Positions 32,474 to 42,699 of a stretch of DNA of 64,000 bases are shown piece after piece. Numbering within the stretch: position 1 is the first letter of the stretch; each line of letters starts with the position of its first letter. Source of the DNA: an uncultured Clostridium sp. (GTDB taxonomy: Bacteria > Bacillota > Clostridia > TANB77 > CAG-508); NCBI GenBank assembly GCA_947368535.1, contig CANBHY010000002.1:95536-159535 (forward strand), given 5' to 3'. The translations under genes were made by a program, and so were the position numbers. Under the pieces are notes generated by a model, which was not told where the DNA came from, ran no database searches, and was given only the letters and a program-made list of their open reading frames with translations.

Positions 32474-34053
32474 TTTCAAATTATAACTGAATTAAAACTT
32501 TAATAGACAAAAAAAGAAGCATCTCATTTCAGTTACAAAACTAATTTCTATTCTTATTAAAGTAAATGACAAATAAAAACTGTAAAAAAGCAGTAATATT
32601 TTTTAATATATCTTTTTATCATTTTAAGAATGAAAATCGAAATTTGAAGCATAATTTAAAAATTACAAATTTTTTTCCAAAAAATAAATATAAAAAAATA
32701 AAATTTATTTTTTTATATTTATTTTTATTAAAATCTATTTTCCTCATTTTTGCTCTATTTTTTTATTTTTGAAAAATAATATCTTTAAGCTATCTATTAT
32801 TTTTAATTTGTTTCGCTTACCGCTCTAAGAGATAGTTAGCTAATCTTCAATTTTTAATCTCTCATGCAAATATATTTTTTAGACTAATTGCCAATATTTC
32901 CTTAAAATACTCTTTTTATAAAATATTACACTCTATTTTGACCAATTTATTTTCTTTTTATTATATAAAGATTTATAAAAATTTATAAAAATTTATTTAT
33001 ACAAAATCACCAATTTTTATAAACTAATTATTATTATTTAGGCAAAATATATTTTTTATCAATTTTTATTCTTTATTCTATAAATTTTATATATTTATAA
33101 ATTTGATAAAAATTTTTTATAATTCTTTACATAAAAATAATAATTTAAATTTTAATAAATCAAAGGAAAAAAAGATCAAAAATTAATTATTTTAAATTTT
33201 TTTAAGCTTAGGGTAAAACCGCAAAATCTTCGGAATATCAACCAAAAGAGCTATTTAATATATTTGTAAAAATTCTCCAAAAAAAATTCTTTGCAAAAAA
33301 ATAAAAATAAAAATAAAGCTAAAAAATATAAAACATAGTGACAATTAATTTATATTCCTCTCATATAAGATGTCAAACATTTTTATAAATTATAATTAAT
33401 GTAGACAAAGTATTTATATTTATTTATTAATAAAATCATCTTAGCTAAAAATTTTAACCCTATTTCATTTTTATAATTCAGATCATATAATTTCATATCT
33501 AACATAAATTTAATGGTAATAAAATGAAATATTACAAAAAAAAACTATTAAAATTATATTTTCAATTTAATTTGAATTAAAATATATACAAAAAGTCAAA
33601 AAATGATATTTTCAAAAAAATATAAAAAATAAAATTAATTAAATATTACAAAAAAAATATTATTTTTAAATAAATATTACCATTTTTTTAGTATCAAAAA
33701 GATGTTTAAATATACTACTTAAAAATTTATAAATTATATACAAATCATCACCTATTTTATGTAACCTAAAATTAATATTATTAGCAAAACATTTTAATAA
33801 ATTTTTATTTAATTTTTTTGTGTCCAAATAATCAACACAAATTTTTAAATATAGTTTTAAAAATTTTAAAAATAACTTTTTTTAATATTACAATTAGATT
33901 TAAAAAATGTACACATTTAAAAAAAATTTATTGAAAGACAAAAAATAGTAAAAATCAGTAATATTATTTTTTTTTGTTTTCTGTGAAAGTTGGGATATAA
34001 GTGATAAAGCCGTTTTAATAAATAAAATGAAAAATTTACTTTATTTTATAGCT

Positions 34054-34068
34054 TGTCAAAAAAGGAGA
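34054..34068 (-). repeat. 15-nt motif copy (reverse complement CTCCTTTTTTGACAA)
   Basis: TTGTCAAAAAAGGAG. Confidence 0.6.
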
Positions 34069-35129
34069 TTACTAATATAAGAAAAATGTATACTAATTGG
34101 ACAAAAAAACATTTAAAAATTTAAAAGAAAATATATTAATTAAAATAATTATTCAATTGAACAGACAAAATCTTTCTAAAAAAAGATTAAATATTCCCCA
34201 AAATGCTTTTCAGTATCGAATATATGTTCTCCACTCTTTAAAGTTAAATAAAATAGTAGTTTTATTTAACTTTAAATCAAAAAAAATTAATAATTCTAAT
34301 GTTACAATACACAGTTTTTTAAAAAATATTTTTTTCTATTTTTTTAATTATTTATCTATTTTTTTTAATTTTTTTTAATTATTTTTAATTATTTTTAATT
34401 ATTTAATTTATTATTATAAATAATTATTAATTTATAATAAAATATCTAATAATTATTTATTTAAATATAAAAAAAATCATAGCTAGATATCCTAAATAAA
34501 TTTTTTAAACTATATGCATGAAACGCATGTGAAAATTTTTAGCCCTTATTTTCGTTTTTAATCAATTTTATTAAAAAAAAGTACCAATAATATTAATATT
34601 ATTAATAGATATTTACGTATTATAATGAAAAATTGATAAAAAAAAGAACCCAAATCATAAATTAATTGGATTCTACAATAAAATAAAGCTCATTTATGTG
34701 TAAATACATAAATCATCTCTCATAATTATCAATACTTTAATTATATTTTATAAATTAACTGTATAACAATTGCTTATTAAAATATAATTATGTAAAAATA
34801 ATTATTGATTAATAATCATTTTTTAAACTATGAAAAATAATTAAATAATTAAAATAAAATATTATTGATTAATTTAATAAATATTTAACATTTAATTCTA
34901 TAAAAATTAAATCATATTTATTAAATTTTTATAGAATTATTCTAAAATTATTAGTCAATAATAATGTTTTATTTGTATCCATTTTCCTGTTTCAACACAC
35001 TATACATATTTCACATTTTTTGTCTATATAATATAAACTTATGCAAAAAGTATTGTTTTTTAAGAAAATTTTATATGAATTTGATCATTTTTTTGTCTGA
35101 TATTAAAATTTTTTTATTAATTATTATCT

Positions 35130-35144
35130 CTACTTTTTTGACAA
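35130..35144 (+). repeat. 15-nt motif copy CTACTTTTTTGACAA
   Basis: Exact. Preceded 38 nt upstream by TTTTTTTGTCTGA. Confidence 0.65.
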
Positions 35145-36139
35145 ATATTAAAAGTTCAGCTTTGTGATTATTATCTATATTTATTAATATATCTGCATTA
35201 TATAATATTCGTACAAATTTATTGTTATAGATTTTTAAATTTAAAACTACATTTTCTTTTAATTATTTTCCACTATTTTATAAAATTTCCTAAAAATGAA
35301 TTTTTTTTCTTATAATCTTATATAAATTTGTATTCAAAAAACAATATTTTTTATTATCATCATTTAGTATTAATAACTTAGTAAATAATTGTATTTTTTT
35401 TACAAAAATTATAATAAATTATCCACAGATAATATCAAACAAGTTTTCTCTTATCAAAAATATTTTTTCTAATTATTTCAAATATATTTTTATTTTTTTA
35501 TATTTTTTATTAATTATTTTTAATTTATTTTTATTTTTTATTTATTTATTTTTATTTATTTATTTTTATTTATTTATTCCATGCACAAATTTATATATTT
35601 TTTACTTCAAAAATTAAAACCCTGGTTCCAAATTAATTCCAATTTATATATATTAATCTTTCTAAAATTTTTTTACATTATATCTCTTTTTATAGTCCGG
35701 ATAAAAAATAAAATTCCAAATTTAAATATTATTTTTTTCATACCTCTCTCTTACTATAGTATCACATACAAATTTTAATTCATATATTACTAATCATTTT
35801 AAATATTTTAATCTCTCAATTTATATATTTTTAAATTAATTATTTATATTTTTTCAATAATTATTAAAAAAATAATTAAAAATAATAAAAAAATAAAAAT
35901 AATTATTTTATTTATGAAAATTTTTCGTAATATTAAATTTTATATTATCAAAATATGTTTTTATTGATTTTATTGATCAGATCTATAAATTTTAAAATTA
36001 TGTACTAAATTATTATTTTATATAGTTTTTTTGTCTAGTTGGCAGCTGAATAAACATTTTGAGCATACAATTAATCATTTAATGTCAAAAAATGCTGTTT
36101 TTTTGTCTAGCTACGAAATAATTTTAATATTTCACAATT

Positions 36140-36154
36140 CTACTTTTTTGACAA
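36140..36154 (+). repeat. 15-nt motif copy CTACTTTTTTGACAA
   Basis: Exact. Preceded by TTTTTTTGTCTAG at 36095 and 36026, and by an inverted TGTCAAAAAAT at 36074. Confidence 0.65.
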
Positions 36155-37083
36155 AAGTTTTTACTGTTTTTTTATTATTGATGCATGTATTCATTGATAT
36201 ATAGATGTTTGACGTCATATATGTTTAAAATAGATTTTGTTTTTTGTAAAATTTTCAAATTTTCCTTCCTAATATATTTTATATTAAAAAATTTTTTTCA
36301 CTTTTATAGCTTTTAATCCTAAAAAAAAGAAAATTTTTTGAAAATTCCTTCCAAAAAATTCAATTTCATATTTTCACAAATTTCTTTACTTTCGCCATTA
36401 AAAAAACTATTATTCTAACCTTTAAGAATAATCAAATAATTAATAAAAGTATTACAAAAATAAAAAGATATTTTTACTAATTATTTTTATTTTTTTATTA
36501 TTTTTCTAAAATAAATTAATTAATTCTATTTTTTTATTTAATTTTTTTATTTAATTAAAATATATTTTCACTCATTTAATAAATTGCACTTTGATTTAAT
36601 ACCTTTTAAAAATTTTTTTATAAATAAGTTTCATAATTATAGAAATAGTAGATCAAGTTGAACTATACTTTATCAATATTTATATTTTTCTATATATTTT
36701 TCCATTTCTTTAAAACATTGAACTTATTTTTATTATAATATTTTTTATATAATTATAAAATTAAACTTATATAATAAAATATTTAATATTATTTTTCCAT
36801 AATTAATTAAAATATTATTTAAAAATAAAATAATAAAATAAAATTATTAATCTTTTATTTTATATTTATATAATATTTATTTATTATTTATGATACTGTA
36901 ATTTTCTCACTTCTTTTCAATAAAAATACACTATTTATTATCTATAACATTTCGGTTTAAAAAACTAGTATTTTTGTCTTTTAAATTATATATTGTTCTC
37001 ATTGTAACTTTTTTATATTATATTTCAATAAAAATATAATATTTTCTTGTCTTATATTTATTTTTTTTAACCATATTTGTTAT

Positions 37084-37098
37084 CTACTTTTTTGACAA
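37084..37098 (+). repeat. 15-nt motif copy CTACTTTTTTGACAA
   Basis: Exact. Confidence 0.65.
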
Positions 37099-38099
37099 TT
37101 TTTATTCACATCACATTAAGTGTTCACCATATTTCCTTTGAAATTTGTGAGTTTCATGAATTTTATCTTAGAAAATTTATATATTTTTCAAATTCTATTA
37201 TTATATTCATCATATTTTAATTTATAAAAATTCTTAAAAACTTAATATTCCGTTTTAAAAAACAATTTTTAGAAAATTTACTAAGAATTTTTTAATAAAA
37301 TTTTACTATCTAAATTTCTCCAATTTTAAGGCCTTTTTTATATCAAAATTTATAACAATATAAATTATCTTTTTACTATATTAATATTTCATTTTTTTAA
37401 ATTTAATATTTTTATTTTTCATATTTTTTTAATATTTTTCTATTTATTATTTATATTTATTCTTTATTTTATAATTAATTTAAATTAATTATTTATTTAT
37501 TAAAAATTGTATATACTTTTGTATACATAATTATTTTTAAGATCAAAAATTGATCTTTTTTTTAATATTTTCTTATATGAAAATTTATAAAAGAAGATTT
37601 ATTTATACTTTTTTTATAATATTGGAATAAAACTTCTAAAATTTTAAAAATATCTTTTTATTTTTAAACTAAATTTTTATAAAAAAAGCAAAATTATATT
37701 TAGATTTTTAATAATACAAAATAAATTTTACTATTAATAAAAAAAATATCTAAAAAAATAATAATAAATTATAAAAAATTAAAATATTTTTTGTAATAAA
37801 TTTTAATTTTTATTTTCATCAATAAATTAAATTTTGAATATATTTTTATAATATTATTGGAATAAATTTCATAATTTTATGCAACTTTGAATACTCAATA
37901 ACATAACTTTTTTTACTTTAGAAGTTTTCTTCTGGCTAAATTTTCATTCACACTTTTTCACAATTCTTTCTACAATACTTCAGAGTATTTTGTCTTATGT
38001 ATATTTATTCTTCTATAACAGAACTTATATAATTCAATTTTTTATATTTTTTAGTTCATTTTTTGTCTAATATAAAATATTTTTGTTTATTTCTTAAAT

Positions 38100-38114
38100 C
38101 TACTTTTTTGACAA
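38100..38114 (+). repeat. 15-nt motif copy CTACTTTTTTGACAA
   Basis: Exact. Preceded 36 nt upstream by TTTTTTGTCTAA. A possible -10 TATTAT lies 17 nt after the embedded TTGACA. Confidence 0.65.
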
Positions 38115-39273
38115 ATATTTTTTAATATCCTATTATATATATTCGATATAAGTCCCATATTTAAAGTATTTTGAACTATTACTATACTTTTTAATTACTA
38201 CCTTTTCTTAATTTTTATTAAATAATTTATAATTTTTAAAATTATAAATTATACACTTAATCAAATTCGATTTATTTTTAAAGAAATTTAAAACACATTA
38301 TTCAAATTTTCTAAAAACTTTCTATCTTTTATTAAAAATCTCATATGTATATGTTTTCAAAACACATTCGTACATATGTTCTTAATATTTTTTAGTCAAA
38401 TTGATATGTTATAGTATATTCTTATTAATTACTTTTTTTAATTAAATATAACAACATATTTTGATATTTATTTTAATACATAAAAACTAATAGATTATAT
38501 TTTTATTTTTCTATATTTTATTATTTATTTATTATTATTTTTTTTATATTTATCTTTATTTTAAATATATTTTTTATTTTTTAAAAAAATATATTTTTTT
38601 ATTCCCTCAACTAATATAAAATTTTTCATTTTTTCCATATTATTCTTTATTTTAAATTTATAAATCAAAACTTTAAAATTTTTTCCTAAAATTTTTAAAT
38701 AAAGATACTTATTTCTTACAAATTTAATTTGATATTTTCTAATCTTTTTTCATAATCAGCAATTTTAAAAAAATAATTAAAGAATTTTTTTTTATTTTTT
38801 TAATAAATCCATTTTTTTATATTAACATTCAATTCATTTTTTATAAAATATAAATAATTATTCCTAATTTTTAATATATTTTTTTGTTTTTTTATTTTTA
38901 TATCAATTTATAAAATATTTATTAATTTAAATACTTTTTAAAAAATTAATTACTACGCATTTATTTTCTTAGTTTCAAATTTTGTACTACTCATTCTTCT
39001 TAAATTTGACCAGTTATATATATATGAATTTATATAAGATTTACTTGTCATTCTGTCAATATTTCTCTAACTATAATTAATACTTTATTTATGTTAGTCG
39101 ACAAATACCAAACATATTTTCTTAACTACTTCTATAAAATTTATTTACCCTCATTCTATTTTTATACTTATTTCCCTTTTAAATATATTACTTTTTCTTA
39201 CTTTAGCCATTTTATTAGTTACTTACTCTAATTTTCTTGACTAAAAAATTTATATTTTTTAATTTTCTCTAAA

Positions 39274-39288
39274 CTACTTTTTTGTCAA
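39274..39288 (+). repeat. 15-nt motif copy CTACTTTTTTGTCAA (variant)
   Basis: One mismatch. Preceded by TTCTTGACTAAAAAA. Confidence 0.55.
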
Positions 39289-41080
39289 ACATTTTTTAAA
39301 TAGTATCTTTAATAATATTCTATAACTCCCTATTTATAAAGATTTCATAAGTATACTCAATATAATCATGATCCATTTTTTCTATTTTAAGCATGCTTTT
39401 ACATTAATTTTAAAATTATAAATTATAAAAACTCTCTTTTTAAAAAAAATCTACTAATACAACTGCAAAGAAATTTCTAATCTAACTTTAAACATATTTC
39501 TAATCTCAAATTTTTTTTTGTCGTTTTTTCATTTATTCGAATTAAAAACGCAACCTAGTCAAATTGATAATAATTTATTCTTATCTTATTCATTTTTTAT
39601 TTCATTACTGCGAACAAATGTATTCGCATACATCTTTGATTAAAAATTTTTTTCTTCAGATAAAACTATTCTCTTTTATAAATATTCTGTATAGTTTTTA
39701 TTTAAAAACATTTTTTATTATTTATTTTATTTTTTGATATTTATTTCCTTATTTAAGTTTTTCAACGCATTATTTTCGTTTTTTTTTTGATTTTTATAAA
39801 AATTTCAAGTAATTATATTCCAAATTTCTATCAGTAAATAGTCTAAAATAATAATTTATTATATTTTTTACTGTTTATTTTATTATTTGATTATAAAAAC
39901 ATTTATAAATAAAAAATAAAAATATTTATTTTTTATTTTTTTAAATGTAATATTAAATGTATTTCATTTATTATTTATATTTTATATTAATAAATATCAT
40001 ATTGATCTATTTAATATGTTTTTTTATATTAATAAAAAAACATTGTCTAAAACATTAAAAATATCTTTTTTTAATGCTCATTTTTTATATTTTATTGTCT
40101 ATTATCTTAATATTTTTCCATTTTTTTCTTTCTACTTATTTGTCAATGAATTTTTGCCATTAAAAAACGCATTTAATATAAATCCTCTAATATCAACACT
40201 TTAATACTTATTTATATATTTTTTCTTAATATTTTTATACCAAACTTATTTATTCATTTAATCTTTCATTAATTTTATTAAAAATTTTCTTTTTTAAGCC
40301 TCTAAAAAAATATAAAAAAATTTACTAATCTACTTCTCAAATTAATCAATTTTTTTTATGCTATTTTTCACATACTATTATTTAATTATTCTTTTTTGAT
40401 ATTATAATTTCTAATTTTCATGTAATATTTTCCATATCTTTTATCTTTATTTTTTAATTAAATTTTATAATTACAAAATAAATTTCATTTATTTATTTTA
40501 TTTTTTTATATTTTTTAAATATTGATATATCAGCAAAAAATTAATTTAAAATTATTTATTAATTATTTTTTCGATATTTTTTTAATTAATTAATATTATT
40601 AAAATATTTACTTTTCAATATGTAATATACCTCTTATTTTCCTTTATTTAAAAGCATTCTACGATGTAACAATTAACATTTAAAAATTTATTTTAATTTT
40701 ATTTTTTTAATTATTCATGAAATTATTAAAAAATATTTTTTAATAATTTTTAAAATTAACTTTTCTATTTTTAAAATTCACATTTTATACACAAAAAAAT
40801 ATAAAATAATTTTAAATAAAAAATTTATTTTATATTTTAATATTATTTCCTATTTTTTTTATATTTAGTTTTTTAATATCAATTTACGATAAATATATAT
40901 CATTTTCCAAGCCTCTAAAATCGTCATATTTTGATTTTCAATATAAACAAATAATATATGTCATATTAGTATATATTTATATTATTTTTGGATTCTCGTA
41001 GCTTCTATATTATTTTTTAAAATTAATACATAATAAACAAAATATATAAAAAAAAAGATAGTACATTCTTGTACTATCTT

Positions 41081-41172
41081 TGGCGGAGATTGAGGGATTT
41101 GAACCCTCGCGGCCCTAAACGAACCCTAACAGTTTAGCAAACTGTCCCCTTCAGCCACTTGGGTAAATCTCC
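41081..41172 (-). tRNA. tRNA-Ser (anticodon GCU)
   Basis: The reverse complement reads GGAGATTTACCCAAGTGGCTGAAGGGGACAGTTTGCTAAACTGTTAGGG...GGGTTCAAATCCCTCAATCTCCGCCA. Anticodon loop is TT-GCT-AA. Long variable arm, T-loop GGTTCAAATCC, encoded CCA. Confidence 0.85.
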
Positions 41173-41211
41173 GTATAATTATAAAGCTAGATAGTATTTC
41201 ATATCTAGCAT

Positions 41212-41303
<92 letters not shown>

Positions 41304-41356
41304 GTGAAGAACATTAATAATTTAACACATTAAACTATAAATGTCAATATACTTTT

Positions 41357-41836
41357 TTATATTTTTTTCAACTCTTTTGCTTTATTTAAGGCACTTATCT
41401 CTTCCTCTGATAAAGTTTGTAAAGAATTACCATTCTCTATTCTTTTAGCATATACATTACTAGAAGATCTGCCATATACAGAGTTTATAATAAACCCATT
41501 ATCTTTATTATCTAATAAAGCAATTGCAAAACTCAACTTACTTCCAACATCATCAAAAGCATCATATTTTACTATTCCAATATTTTGAAAGCATTCATTT
41601 AACTGTTTTTCAAGGCTTTTGTAATTTGATTTTATAATTTTGTTTTCCTCATTTACATTATTTACCATTTTTTCTATTTCTTTAAACGTATTCTCTATAT
41701 TTTCGTCAGAATTAAATTTGGATATAAATTCAGAATAATGTTTTTCTATATTTTTTAGCTTAAAAATAAATAATAATATAATAGCAGTTAACACTACATT
41801 AACTGCTATTGATCCTATTAAAATAGCACTTTCCAT
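41357..41836 (-). CDS. DUF4446-like membrane-anchored protein (conserved neighbour of parB in Clostridia)
   Basis: N-terminal TM helix and a coiled-coil segment. C-terminal region has a VKYDAFDDVGSKLSFAIALLD...NGFIINSV pattern. Confidence 0.5.
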   Translation of the reverse strand: MESAILIGSIAVNVVLTAIILLFIFKLKNIEKHYSEFISKFNSDENIENTFKEIEKMVNNVNEENKIIKSNYKSLEKQLNECFQNIGIVKYDAFDDVGSKLSFAIALLDNKDNGFIINSVYGRSSSNVYAKRIENGNSLQTLSEEEISALNKAKELKKI

Positions 41837-41848
41837 TCAAATGTCTCC

Positions 41849-42688
41849 TTATTTAATTAAATCTAGTATGCGCTCTAAATCATCATTTGATGCATATTCT
41901 ATGATAATTTTTCCTTTTCTCTGTCCTGCATTTAATTTAACTTTTGTACCAAAGAAACTTTGAAAGCTACTCTCTATGTCTCTATAAATTGGTTCATATT
42001 TTTCGTTCTTTTTTGGCATTGTTTTTCTTGATTTTGTTTTCTTTTCTGCTTCCCTTACACTATCTCCAGATTGTATCATATAAATAGCCATATCATATTG
42101 TTTGTCCGGATTTTCAAAACCTAGTAATGCTTTACAGTGCCCTTCTGTCAACTTTCCTTGTAATGCTAAATCAATAACTCTTGGATCTAAATTTAATATT
42201 CTCAAAGTGTTTGTAATTGTACTTCTACCTTTTCCAATCACTTCTGCAACCTGAGCTTGAGTTAAATTATATTGATCCATTAATAACTTGATTCCTCTAG
42301 CCTTTTCTATAGGATTTAAATCTTCTCTTTGTATATTTTCTATAAGTGCAATCTCTCTATTTTTCTTTTCGTCATTTTCTCTAACAATTACAGGAATTTC
42401 CTCTAAACCTGCTTTTTTAGAAGCTCTCCATCTTCTTTCTCCTGCCACTATTTGATAAAAATCATCTTTTTTAGAAACTATTATAGGTTGAATAACACCA
42501 TAATTTTTAATAGATTCTGCTAATTCATTTAAGGATTCTTCATCAAATATCCTTCTTGGTTGATCTCTATTTGGTTCTATTTCTGAAATTTTTAAATTTT
42601 GTACAACCTCATTCTCTTGCGGTTCTTCTACAATAGATGTTGAAAAAAGAGCATCTAAACCTTTTCCTAAACCTGTTTTTTTAGCCAT
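41849..42688 (-). CDS. parB: chromosome partitioning protein ParB/Spo0J
   Basis: ParB box (IVAGERRWRASK) and an HTH region. Position immediately downstream of parA. Confidence 0.9.
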   Translation of the reverse strand: MAKKTGLGKGLDALFSTSIVEEPQENEVVQNLKISEIEPNRDQPRRIFDEESLNELAESIKNYGVIQPIIVSKKDDFYQIVAGERRWRASKKAGLEEIPVIVRENDEKKNREIALIENIQREDLNPIEKARGIKLLMDQYNLTQAQVAEVIGKGRSTITNTLRILNLDPRVIDLALQGKLTEGHCKALLGFENPDKQYDMAIYMIQSGDSVREAEKKTKSRKTMPKKNEKYEPIYRDIESSFQSFFGTKVKLNAGQRKGKIIIEYASNDDLERILDLIK

Positions 42689-42699
42689 TTTTATTCCTC

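Larger units (their letters stand above)
29857..41080. other. ~11.2 kb ORF-free, extremely AT-rich region with dispersed conserved 15-nt motifs and short tandem repeats
   Basis: No ORF longer than 93 aa on any frame, and the five listed ORFs are low-complexity F/I/L/K/N/Y strings. Base composition is far more AT-rich than the flanking genes. There are recurrent CTNCTTTTTTGNCAA and TTTTTGTCTA motifs. The region is bounded by the activase terminator on the left and the 3' end of tRNA-Ser on the right. Confidence 0.8.

Noticed and set aside
31040-39288. The 15-nt repeats as a CRISPR array
   Set aside because: Repeat length is 15 nt and spacing is about 1 kb, against 28-37 nt repeats with 30-40 nt spacers for CRISPR. 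Orientation is mixed, and there is no cas gene.
32566-40204. ORF-track entries inside the AT desert (32566..32772, 34097..34378, 34964..35167, 35581..35778, 40016..40204)
   Set aside because: All are 60-93 aa strings of F/I/L/K/N/Y from poly-T and poly-A DNA. They have no RBS or start context, except 34097, which uses a TTG. They are not distinguishable from chance in hyper-AT sequence.
29857-41080. Possibility that the desert is coding under an alternative genetic code
   Set aside because: Flanking conserved genes (smc, mnmG, gyrA and others) terminate correctly with TAA, TAG and TGA under the standard code. The region lacks 3-nt periodicity or codon structure by eye.
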